Shown here: positions 22,336 to 33,564 of the stretch, one piece after another | Layout: the number at the start of each line of letters is the position of its first letter | Numbering within the stretch: the first letter of the stretch is position 1 | Assembly: GCA_017654855.1 (NCBI GenBank) | Contig: CM030334.1 | Coordinates: forward strand, 62,001-126,000 | Origin: Podospora anserina | Taxonomy: Eukaryota | Direction of reading: 5' to 3' | Length of the DNA: 64,000 nt | Program-made: the position numbers and the translations under genes | The notes under the pieces: generated by a model | Told to the model about the DNA's origin: nothing | The model's input: the letters and a program-made list of their open reading frames with translations, nothing else | Database searches by the model: none

Positions 22336-24177
22336 ATGGAGTACGATCCATTCAACCCCGAACACCAACCCAAAAGCGAGCCACAAGTGGCTGTGACGGA
22401 GGCCTATACCTTTAACCAAGGCCCAGAGAAACACGAGACCGGATTAGCTCAGAGTCAGGCCTGGTGGCACGCCTGGTGGTTAGAAGTAGTGTCTATGGTT
22501 GTCACTATTGGATGCTCAGTCGCCATCATCGCTATTCTCTGTGCATTCAACAGGCGTCCGATTACCGACTGGACCGACAAAAGCAAACTTGCGGAAATCA
22601 TCAGCCTTCCAACGACGTTGTCTATATTGGCGACAGCTGCGAACGCCACAACCACGCTCGTCCTCGGCAGTGCTATCAGCCAGTACAAATGGGTGTATTT
22701 CAAGGCCAAGAATCGTTCGTTGGCTGATCTGGATCTGTTGGACGGGACCAGCAGAGGGACCCTGTGGAAATGCCTGGAGCTATTAGTGAAGAGGATGAAG
22801 ACACTGGCGAGCTTAGGTGCTATTGCCATGATCCTGTCACTCGCCGTCGGTCCATTCTATCAACAGACGGTCCAGCTTACCGAGTGGGATGTGCCAAGTG
22901 ACGACGGGAAGGCCTCATTTGGGCTTGCTCATCAGTACATCGCTAGTGGGCGTCCAAACTTTGCCGCCGGCGGTGGTGCTGACGCCAGTTTGCCAAGTGC
23001 CTTCCAAGTTGAAGCTGCAACTGCCGACAGCCCGATGCAGGGTGCAATCTACAGAGGGTTATTCAACCTTGATGGCCCTGCTATATTCAACTGTACCTCG
23101 AACTGCACATGGCCAGATCCCGGGGCGAGCAAGCCCTATGTCTCGCTAGGCTTTCGCAGCGATTGTGCGAATGTCACAGAAGCAACTCTGCGTGCTTCAG
23201 GGTGGGACGATACCATCGAAGGTTCCCCTCGAGGTATAAATATCACGACACCGGGAAATGTCACATTGGACACCCGCTTCTCGTTCACTTCGTACCAACC
23301 CGTTGTTGTTGTTGCAAGCAAGTCCCTCCTTTGGCACCAGATCAAAAACATCAATACCTCTCCATTCGACTGGACTGGTGATACTGTGGGTCACACTATT
23401 GCTCGCATGGCTGTATTTCGATCAGAGTTGGATCCTCGCAACTTTGAACTCGTCAGCAGCAAGATGCAGGTTACCGAATGTGACCTCAGCCTTGTCGCCT
23501 ATCGCTATTCCGATATCTCTGTATCCGACAGCAAACTCACGATCGGAAAGGAAGAGTTGATTCGGCTTCAGTCTGGCGTTGTAGAAAGACAAGATGACGG
23601 GAGGTTCATCGGTGTTTTTGACACAGTGGTGGATTCCTCCACAACGACAATTCCATTAAAGGTGTCCTTGGCAGACATTGGGGCCCTCACTTTGCTTTTC
23701 ACCTCAACACGATTCATGGGCACGCTTTATGCAGGCGAGCCGCCCGATCGTAGTCGGATTCATCGGCCTTCCGGCATGGGGGATGCCTTTCTCGGAGGTG
23801 ACATCACTGACCAACTTGTCATTGAAAGATTTGAAAGAATGGCGGAGAGCATGACTCTTCAGTTGCGGTCAACCAGCGATGTAACCGCTACCGGTATTAG
23901 TGTCTACTCTATTGTTCACTACAAGGTTGAGTGGGCATGGCTTGTTCTCCCGCTGGCAGTGCAGCTAATTACACTGGTTTTCTTTTTCTGGGTCCTTGTC
24001 AGGAATCACCACAGTGGACTGCAGCATTGGAAAGACTCGGCACTTGCTGTCGTCAGTCACAGTCTACAGGCGGCGGATGAAGACATTCACCAGGTGGAAG
24101 TGATTGGACCCATGCATGTTGAGAAGATTCAGGAATTAAAAGACTGGGCCAATCGGACAAAGGCAAAACTGCTGTAG
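22336..24177 (+). CDS. DUF3176-family membrane protein
   Basis: 613-aa ORF with WWLE...ISLPTTLSILAT...ISQYKWVYF...DLLDGTSRG and a C-terminal WAWLVLP...WKDSALA pattern. Confidence 0.8.
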   Translation: MEYDPFNPEHQPKSEPQVAVTEAYTFNQGPEKHETGLAQSQAWWHAWWLEVVSMVVTIGCSVAIIAILCAFNRRPITDWTDKSKLAEIISLPTTLSILATAANATTTLVLGSAISQYKWVYFKAKNRSLADLDLLDGTSRGTLWKCLELLVKRMKTLASLGAIAMILSLAVGPFYQQTVQLTEWDVPSDDGKASFGLAHQYIASGRPNFAAGGGADASLPSAFQVEAATADSPMQGAIYRGLFNLDGPAIFNCTSNCTWPDPGASKPYVSLGFRSDCANVTEATLRASGWDDTIEGSPRGINITTPGNVTLDTRFSFTSYQPVVVVASKSLLWHQIKNINTSPFDWTGDTVGHTIARMAVFRSELDPRNFELVSSKMQVTECDLSLVAYRYSDISVSDSKLTIGKEELIRLQSGVVERQDDGRFIGVFDTVVDSSTTTIPLKVSLADIGALTLLFTSTRFMGTLYAGEPPDRSRIHRPSGMGDAFLGGDITDQLVIERFERMAESMTLQLRSTSDVTATGISVYSIVHYKVEWAWLVLPLAVQLITLVFFFWVLVRNHHSGLQHWKDSALAVVSHSLQAADEDIHQVEVIGPMHVEKIQELKDWANRTKAKLL

Positions 24178-24226
24178 AATACCTAGACTCGTAGCTTCAG
24201 GCTGGATAGGTTACCCAATAAAACCA

Positions 24227-25683
24227 CTACACAGAAGTGTCAGGTACCTTGCTCTTCTTGTACTCACCTCTCACTACCCGGTCACAAACATCCTTCAACA
24301 CTCCTCCAACCCACTTAAAGTCCTGCAAGTCAAGGTAAACCTGCGCGCTGAGCCTGGCCCACCACCTTCCCTGAAAGACAAAGACTGCTACAAAAGTCTG
24401 ATACTCCTCCATGAGCGTGCCGAGGACGTAGGAATGAACTGCTGGTTCCTCTCCACTTGCCTCGATATCCTCTGCCGGTAAAGGCAACGCCACATTGGTC
24501 ATGGCGCATGCAGACATCGTTCCCTCCTTGTTATCCAATACCTCAGTTCCCAACGCCTCCGCCACCAGCCTGCCCCCTTCCCTTGCCATCTTGATCAGCT
24601 CGTCTCTAATTCTCACCTCACCACCAAGAACTTCTTCCCTCCACTTGATCGCGTCTTTGACACACAGGTAAGGCGCGTTATCCACCGTCCCCACAAACTG
24701 AAAGCCGTTCACGAAATAGCCCTTCCCATTGGGCGGCAGCGGGTTCACCCTTCTCAAGTTCCCACCCTGCAGTTCAGCCGCCTCAAACCCATGCGAAGTC
24801 GGCACCGTCGATCTGATCAGTCCTTGATTCCTCAAAGGGACGTAAAAGACTGCACAACCCCTCGGCACATGCAACCACTTGTGACAGTTGGACACAAAAA
24901 AATCTGGATCAACCTCGCCGAGGTGATTAAGCTTTACCATGCCTATCCCCTGCGCGCCATCAACGAGCGATAGAATCCCATGCCTCTTGCATGAAGCAGT
25001 GATGGCTTCGAAAGGGAACCGGACCCCGGGATTCGAGCTGACCACATCAAATAGCGCCAGCCTGACTCTCCTCCCCTCCTTTTCCACCTCTTGCACCGCT
25101 TTCTCAAAGTTCTCAACGATATCCCCGTCTGGACAGGGGTATAGAATGGGCACACATCGACTGTGAACCAATCCACGGTTGTACTCCACCACATAATCCA
25201 CCGTCTTTGCACACCCGCCGTAGATAGTCTCAAAGAACAGGATCTCGTCTTTCCCATCCTTGTTCCACACGATGTTACGGAGCACCGTGTTGACGCCCAT
25301 GGTGGCGTTGGACACAAAGACGCATGTCTCCGTTGGGACACCCAAAAGCTTGGCCACGGCAGCGCGGGACTCATCGAGGAGCTGAGGGTATGTATATCGG
25401 ATGAAGGGATCGGGCTTCGCTTCTGCTTGGTCTTGATATTGCCTCATCAAGTTGCGGATGTGGGAGGGGATGGTGCCAAATGAGCCTGCCACGGTGTCAA
25501 TAAGTCGATTGTTTGCAGTCTGGCTAAAAGGAGGAGCAAAGACCGGGAGATGGACGAACCGTGGTTGAGATTGCGGTACGAAGGATCGAACAAGAATTCA
25601 GAGTCGCGAAGGGCGCGGCCAAACTTGACAGGTTCAGACCTGGTCCGGCCGCATGTGGGTAACTCTGAAGTGGTGTCGCCCAT
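24227..25683 (-). CDS. egt2: PLP-dependent class V aminotransferase / hercynylcysteine sulfoxide lyase (Egt2/LolT-like), 2 exons
   Basis: [11 protein letters not shown] across intron 25486-25559. VDGAQGIG and [24 protein letters not shown] (PLP lysine). RLSAQVYL. Confidence 0.8.
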
Positions 25684-26152
25684 GATGACTTGGTGGTTGA
25701 CTGGGATGCCCGGAGTACTAGGAATGAAGCAGTTCAGATCAGGGTGGACAATATAATAAGCATGCCCTAATAACTCGTCAAATGGATTGGTTGTCATGAG
25801 TCAAGGATGACTCGACGTCAAATAGTGAAACCCTTGCACTTGGATCCTCGACTGATCTACACCCCCACTTGCCCGGTCAACGGTTTTGGGCCAAGTTGGT
25901 ACCACATCTCTCCACACTGGACTTGCATCGTGCATAACTTGGATAATAACGTGATACCGATTGTATTCCAAAGGGCGGACTCTTCACAGTGCCCCATGTC
26001 CCGGTGTGGGGACGCCGCCAGTCGGCTAGAAAGGGGTTTGTGTTCACAAACTAGCAAGCCGCGGCCAGCCGAGCAACCCTTCAACATGAAAAAAGACCAC
26101 TCAAGCTCGGCTACGCTTCCGAATACTGAGGTAATCAAAACCCCTCACTGGT

Positions 26153-27059
26153 TCAGTGCTTCTTGTTTTGAGCATAGAAGAAATTGGCACCTAAAAGATA
26201 TCATGAGCGACTGCTGTGGCAGGTAATATATGGCGTACTTTGGTTGGAAAAATGACTCACCAACAGGAACAAGCCCATTCTCTGCAGCCCATTCTCTCAC
26301 CCCTTTCGTGTCTTTGTCTCCATCATTGCCAACGTCATATCCCCAATGCTTTCTTGCACTCGGCCGCGACAAGTGCAGCTTTTCAGTAGTACCGTTGGCA
26401 GGGGCAAATGCCAACAGAACATACCGATGTTTCCCAGTCTTCTCGGGCGGTGATGGAGGCTTGTACCCCATGATCTCATCAGAAAAGGTAGGGCTAATCC
26501 CAGATGAGGTCGGCACGCCTATTGCGATCCAATGGCAAAACTCGGACCATTTCGGATCATCGCGCGATGGAGCATCCGGATCCGTCATGGCGATAACGTA
26601 AGTAACGCCTTTCTTCCAGAGGGTAGGCTTGGATGCCATCAGTTTCACTGAAGGGGCTGATTCGAGCAGGGAAGGTTCGAGGGTGTTGCCAAGGTCGGCG
26701 TGAGTGTGATGATGGGAAGACCATGTGGCGTTCATCAAAAGTGAAGGAAGAAAATCGTCAATGACTATGGTGAAGCTCAGCATCTACCCTGGTGATCAAC
26801 ATGAGTTCTGATGATATAAACTTACCAGTAGGGATGATTTCGGCATCCTGGAGCCTACGGTGTAGTACCTCACGTTAGTTTGGTCATCTAGGAGCAAGCG
26901 GTCAAACATATCGTACGCTTTCTGTACATCGTCTTGGGTGTTCCAGATACTATTACCGGTCTTCGGGAGAGGATGCTGCTCGTTGACAATAACAATTGCC
27001 CCAGCAGCAAAGGGTCCAATGAGTATAAAGAGGTGCAATAGGAGGCTGTACAATGTCAT
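26153..27059 (-). CDS. Phosphatidylethanolamine-binding protein (PEBP/Tfs1-like) with N-terminal signal peptide; multi-exon
   Basis: MTDPDAPSR, EFCHWI, YKPPSPPEKTGKHRYV, terminal ANFFYAQNKKH*. Hydrophobic N-terminus MTLYSLLLHLFILIG. Confidence 0.88.
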
Positions 27060-27524
27060 TATGGTTATTTCTCTGCTTGGTGCAAAATCCTGAAGTGAGC
27101 TGGACACGAGGTAGATACCTAGAATGAATGCAAACACCTACCTACACAAAGCTCAGTTGAGCAGTGGACCCAAAATGATGTCACCATTTCTACCTTAGCT
27201 GCATCACCCGAGCCCCACCTCCAACAGAACTGTATGCAACTGCCAAAATAAACTGCAAACGCTGGTGATTTTCCCCACTTCTCATGGTGCATTTACACAT
27301 GAAGGATATGAGCAAGCTCAAGTACACAAATACCATGAATTTCACTACCTCATACCTCATGTGTAATTATCGATGAAGAGTGATCTTCTCTGTGATACCT
27401 ATGCAACTCTATAGGTAGGTGCGGCGGTAGCCCGCGCTTATCTAATCATTCCTCGCAATAGAAAGCATCCTCTTATTGTGAATAGCCTTGGCTAAACATA
27501 TATGTGCCCACATGCACCGTCCAT

Positions 27525-27820
27525 TTAGTGGGGACCAGGCTCGCAGTCGGGAGCGTCGATGGCCTCTGTCAACACCGTTAGAACATGCATAAGTAAAGGC
27601 AGCAGGAGTGAGAAGGCGTACTGCACTTGGCATCGCAGTCCTTGTTACATTGAACAACATCGGGGACGTTGACGCAAATCTTGTAGAGGCAATCTGAGAT
27701 GCAGGTCCAGAAAGCCTCAGGAAGCTTAACGCAAGGAGGCTGGTCCTGCGGAGCTGGAGCCGGAGCAGCAGCGGCAATGATGGCAAGGGCAAGGACCCCG
27801 AATGATATGGCGAAGCGCAT
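27525..27820 (-). CDS. Small secreted cysteine-rich protein (~80 aa, 8 Cys), 2 exons
   Basis: MRFAISFGVLALAIIAAA signal, then PAPAPQDQPPCVKLPEAFWTCISDCLYKICVNVPDVVQCNKDCDAKC. Intron GTACGC...CTAAC...GACAG. Final exon KAIDAPDCEPGPH*. Confidence 0.75.
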
Positions 27821-29193
27821 CTTGGGCGTAGAGGTTGTGGAGTGTTTGTTGGTTGATGAGTTCAATGTAGTAGGTTGTCGAGAGGGGAAAACAGCCGCAT
27901 GTAGTGCTTGAAATAGTTGGCCCAAGGAGCAGGAAGCAACCGCAGACTTTGGGGAGGTGAATTACCTAACCCAAGATAGTTGCTCCCGTGATGGAGCGCT
28001 GCATCCCAAGTTCTGATATCTTTTTAGGATGTGTTTCCGACTTTGACCCTCCTGACTTGAGTTAAGTGGGGTAATGATAGTAAGGGAATTGCCGTGCATA
28101 TCCGCCCATCACATGCTTCTTATCATTAGAAGAAATGACTGCGTCCCATATACTAATAACCTGCTAGCATACCTACCCCTTCGGTGACGAATGCCCCAGG
28201 TCAGTTCTGGCCCGGGCCACGATCAGGGTGATATTCGCACATCAAAGCGGATTTACATGAGGCAGTTACCTACCTAGGCGGGCAGTCATGTATTATTTTC
28301 TTCTGATTGAATATTCCAACTGTTTCTGAGCTAGACCTTCATCTCCCAACGCACAGCAACACTACAAGTTTGTTGTTCTTGGGGTGGCAAAGGATGACAG
28401 GTCTGAGGCTGAGGATGAGGGGGAAGATGATACGTCGGTGACAGTGGTGGGCAACAACAGACCGACTCAAGGGTTGGCGCATAGGAAGGGTGGGCGTCCA
28501 GAGTACAGATGATGCTCACAGTGTATACCTGGGCATCATGTGCTTTCATGTTGGTACGAAGCTGGGATAGGTACGCAGGTTGATCGAATCAAGAGTGCTT
28601 GGAATGTGCTATTTCAGGGTTTGAAAAGGGCTTGCATTGAGGTGGTCCTGTGAAAGTTCTCATCACAAGAAGGCTTCACATGTGTTCATAATCATGTCAA
28701 TCACCGTTACCTGACTCTATTTTTACGTCCGACTAACCCCCTTTCCGTCTCTTTTGCTTTTCTTTCGGCACCCGGATGATTTGTGGCTCCAGCAGCCAAC
28801 CAAGGCTACACTACAAAGTGCCTATTGCCTTGGCAGCAGCTCTAGTTCAACGCCCACTAAACCCTTCCCAAGAAGACGTACCGAAGACTACCCCCTCACC
28901 GTGGGATTCACTGCACGTTTCCCGCTTCTTCTGCAGTTCTGGGAGCGGTTTCGGCACGTCTGCCATGCCAAAGCCGAGCCCGCACCATCTTACTCTAGGC
29001 TAGGGAGGTGGGACGTTGGTTGCATTTTCTGGGGAGGGGTTACAGCGGACCCCCCCAGCCCCTGTCAATAGCCTCACGGATGGTACTGATGATGCCTTCA
29101 ACTTGGGGTATATAACAGCGTTGCGGCTTACACCTGGCTTCCAGATAGCTCATCCTCACTCTCACCCTCTCGGCCACAGCAGAAGGAGGAGAA

Positions 29194-30246
29194 ATGAAGC
29201 CGTCACGATTTCTCTTCGCGCTCCTCCCCCTTGCCGCCGCCGCCAGGGGAGGAAGTTTCCGTGGCCTCTCCCACATCGCCACAGAAATCTTCTCCTTCCC
29301 CCCCACCAACCCGATCTTCATCGAGAACCTCCTCGTCCTCCCCGACGCCCGCCTCCTCCTCACCTCCTTTGTCCACTTCGGCCCAGACACCAACTCACCG
29401 CTCCACATCCTCAACCCTGTCACCTCCTCCGTCTCGGTGGTGACCACCCTCCCCAACTCCACCTCCCAGACCGGCATCGCCAAGTTATCCGGCGCAAACC
29501 GCTACGCCGTCACCGCTGGAATCCTCGGGGACAACTTTGAGTTTTTGAACAACACGGTCAACGTGTACGTCGTGTCGCTGGGGTGGAACGCGTCGAGCGC
29601 GACGGTGGTGGATACAATCCCCGTTCCCGGGGTCATTAGTGCGAACGGGCTCGTGGCGGTGGGGAACGTCGTTCTCAGCGCCGACTCCCGGGGCGGGAGG
29701 ATCTTGAGGGTCGACACCGTCACCCGGACGAGCAGCGTCGCTTTTGCGGACCCGTTGCTGTTTGGGGACCCGGCAAACGTGAGCGGGTCTCTGGGGATCA
29801 CGGGGGTGAACGGGCTGTTTCTCAAGCGGCACGGCGGGCAGAGATGGGTGTATTTCACCAATAGTGCGAGGGGGGTTTACGGACGGTTCAAGGTCAACAG
29901 TTTGGGCCATAAAGTCGGGAGTGTGGAGGTGTTGATGACGGCGACAAGCGATGATCCTGTTGGGTTTACGAACTCGCTGGATGACTTGGTGGTGGATGGG
30001 GATGCGGATGGTTATATTGCCTGGCAGGATCGGTCGTTGCTCAAGGTGAAGCGATACAACAACGGGACCACTGCGCAGACAATTGTTCTCGGGCCTGGGG
30101 GTGTTGCAACTGGAAATACGGGCATCACATTGAGGACGCCCACGTCCGTTGCCCTGGGCCTTGACGGGGGTCACATTTATGTTGGAACAGGAGGTGCTGT
30201 AGCCGGAAATCTGACCGGAGGACAGGTGGTCAAGGTTACGATCTAA
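29194..30246 (+). CDS. Secreted beta-propeller protein (SMP-30/gluconolactonase-like)
   Basis: 350-aa intronless ORF with signal peptide and motifs FIENLLV, ANGL, ADSRGGRILRVD, GVNGL, VYFTNS, DDLVVD, PTSVA. Confidence 0.8.
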   Translation: MKPSRFLFALLPLAAAARGGSFRGLSHIATEIFSFPPTNPIFIENLLVLPDARLLLTSFVHFGPDTNSPLHILNPVTSSVSVVTTLPNSTSQTGIAKLSGANRYAVTAGILGDNFEFLNNTVNVYVVSLGWNASSATVVDTIPVPGVISANGLVAVGNVVLSADSRGGRILRVDTVTRTSSVAFADPLLFGDPANVSGSLGITGVNGLFLKRHGGQRWVYFTNSARGVYGRFKVNSLGHKVGSVEVLMTATSDDPVGFTNSLDDLVVDGDADGYIAWQDRSLLKVKRYNNGTTAQTIVLGPGGVATGNTGITLRTPTSVALGLDGGHIYVGTGGAVAGNLTGGQVVKVTI

Positions 30247-30714
30247 TTATGAAGATATGGAAATTCACAGATAGCTGCCAGGTACATGGTGTTTATGAGA
30301 AATGAATGATAAGACGGCTGAATATGACATCCTTTAGACAAGTGAGAGTGGCATGACCCGGTTCCCGGCGTGCGGAGTAGCTTCATGGAGGAAAAAAACC
30401 CCCAATTGGTCACCACTCAAGCTTGCCGCCAAGAATGCGGGCAAGCTCACGCTGGGGAAATGGATTCATTTACCCGGCATTTGACGACCGTGGAAGCTGT
30501 GATTTCGCCGTCGGTATACACATCCGATCTCCGAGATGGCAGTGTTGGAATGAGGGGGAATGGCATCCAATTGCGGTGCGTTCAGCTGCTTATTACGACA
30601 TGAAACGTCTCGAGTCGTGGGCCCAACACTCTTTTGTTGTCAAGGTTTTTTTTCTTTTTTTCTTTTTTTTTCGAAATGGCTGGTGAGGAGAGATGTACCT
30701 TTGACTATCTCAAG

Positions 30715-32573
30715 ATGCTATCAACAGTCTTCATTACAGTAGCCCTGGGGTTAGGAATCACATATTTCATCCTCAACTATCCACGTGTGAGTTTCAGCAT
30801 CTGTTCCGCTTGCACATGGTTTCATCCTGCTAACTCAACCAGTTGAAACAAAACTATCACCTCTCCCGCCACCGCTCCTCACTCCCTCCTTCACCACCAA
30901 CCCTCAAAACAGGCATCTCCAAACCCTGGCTCTGGTTCCGAGAACTCCACCAACAATACGGCGACGTAGTCTACCTCCAACTCGGCCCCACGCCCACCAT
31001 CCTTCTAGGTTCGGCTCAAGCAGCATGGGACCTCCTCGAGCGCAAAGGGAGCATCTACTCCAGCCGCCCACGGTTCATCATGGGCCAGGAGCTGCTCTCC
31101 AACAACTTGCGAGGGCTGATGGCTGGGTACAATGATTTCTGGAGAAGATGGAGGAAGCTGCTTCATAGCGGGTTCATGGCGAGACAGTCAGAAAAGTACA
31201 GGTGGATTCAGAGCCTGGAGAGCAAAGTCTTGATGAAAGAGCTGCTCGACAAACCTGAAGGATTTAGGGAGTGGATGGAGCGGTATGCGGCCAGTGTGGT
31301 TGTCATGGTGACGTACGGGAGGAGGGTGACGGACGTGAGGAAGGACGAGGTGATTGAGATGAACAGGTTGGCGATGGAGAGGTTGACTTTGGTGAAGTAA
31401 TTTTCCCCTATCCCACCTACGAACAGGTTCAGTTAGCTGACCGCATGACAGTATTCCAGGTAAATATGCAGTCGAGCGTTATCCTGCTCTGAAGTACGTT
31501 CCCGCCGTTCTTGCCCCTTGGAAGAGAATGGTGTTGGAACAAAGGGAAAAGGACGTTCAGATGTACACCTCGTTGATGAACGATGTCAAGTCTCGAATGG
31601 CCGAGGGAAGATTGCCGGACTGTTTCGCCAAGCACTTATTGGATGAACAAAAAGGACTGGGAATGACCGACCTGGAGGTGGCGTATACGGCAGGAACACC
31701 TTTTGGAGCTGGCGTGGAGACGGTATGTTGTTACCTCTGAACCAGCCCCCTTTTTCCCCTCAAGACTAACCAAACAAAACAAACAACAGTCCGCAGGATC
31801 CTTGGCGTCGTTCATGCTTGCTTGTGTCAAATTCGGACATTCGTTCATCCCAAAAGCCCAAGCTGAGCTCGATGATGTTGTTGGCCGAGACAGGATGCCC
31901 ACGTTTGACGACCTGCCGAATCTCCCCTACCTCAACGCCATCGTTTCCGAAACCCTCCGCTGGAGACCCATCGCTGTTTTGGGTGGCACCCCACACGCCA
32001 CCACGGCAGATGACTGGTACAAGGGGATGTACATCCCGAAGGGGAGCACCATCATCGCGCCTTTGTGGAGTAGTACGTATTCCTTCTCTGCTGAAGTCTC
32101 TCAAACAGAGTTCATACTAACAATAACAGTCCACCTCAATGAAAAGGACTTCCCTGATCCCCACACTTTTCTCCCAGAGCGTTTCTTGAACAAGGAGAGG
32201 ATAGCAGCCTACCCCGGCACAACCGGCCACAGCGCGTTTGGGTGGGGTAGGAGAATTTGTCCGGGGATGCACCTCGGCCAGGCCTCCGTCAGTATCAACA
32301 TTGCAAGGATACTGTGGGGGTTTGATGTGAAGCCTGCGAAGGATGAAAAGACCGGCAAAGAGATCGACGTTGACATGTGAGTGTTCCCTTCCCCCCATCA
32401 GAGGTCTGCAAGAAAGGAACTGATGAGTGAAAAGATTTGCCTTTTCGGACGGGTTCAACTCTAGCCCGTTGCCGTTTCCCTGCGAGATCAGGCCCCGGTC
32501 GAGCAAGCATGTTGAGGGTATTGAGCGGGAGTATAGGGAGGCTCGTTCCAAGCTCGAGATATATGAAGTGTGA
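30715..32573 (+). CDS. Cytochrome P450 (OrdA/CYP64-like), multi-exon
   Basis: N-terminal TM anchor, YSSRP, AGVET, ETLRW (ExxR), PERF, FGWGRRICPG heme motif. Canonical GT-AG introns connect the ORF pieces. Confidence 0.93.
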
Positions 32574-33564
32574 AGTTTGATAGGTACCTTGGCTCAAATG
32601 AGAAGTAGCCGTGTGTGAAGAAGGCATCAAGTCAGACCCAACAAACATCTGTGTTATCTGTACACCACCCCCTCCTCAGGCCTCTTAACATCCTCCGGCG
32701 CCGTTGTAAAGGCACACTTGCCTAACCCCCCACTCATAGCAATTACCCCCCCACTGCACAAAGAGCAAATGCCCTTCCTCCTCATTCTCAGGAAGCGCAT
32801 GACACACAGCACTGATTGGCTTACTATTCGTCGACGCCATCCTCATCACCCCGTCATACCTCCTCATGGTACTCAGACAGACATATCCAACCACAAGCGC
32901 GAGTCCTGTCAAGATGGCCGTGACCGATGCCGCAGGGCTCTACCCGCAGGTCGAGTGAGAGTGCGCCAGCAACAGACGCTGTGAGAGCAACGAGTGCAAC
33001 CGGTCGACTCAGACACCCGTAAAGTCTTGCGAACGTTGGGGTGCATGTACGGCTGAACTCGTGTTGAACCAGAAACGTTGTCAGCGAGTCGTCGGCTTGC
33101 TGTTGCTGCACTGGCAGCGCGCGAAGCGCCGATGAAAAGATCATTCAGGCAAAACCTGGCCTCGATGCATCAAATTTTGGGTACGGCAGCATGCATATGG
33201 GTAGGTACATGTATCATGTTCAATATTTGGTAAATATATAACGGCCAAGCATCTGATTCCCCTCGGTTCCCAAAGCTTCTATCGAATATCAACTTTGCAA
33301 GCCAACGCGCCATGCTTGGTGTGTGTGGTATACTGAATGGCGGTAAGAAGTGTGGTATAATGATAGAGAAAGAGACTCGACCTGAATAACAGACCGTTCG
33401 ACAAGACCAACCGAAAGAACACAGAATAATTGTCCATAGTGACAGTCATCCAAGACTCCGATGACAGTATGTGTGACAATGGACAAGGCCAAGTATCCTC
33501 CCTCAACGCCAATCCTAATGCAAGCAAGAGAACACCACTTCCCAATGACAACGTGTAGAAATAT

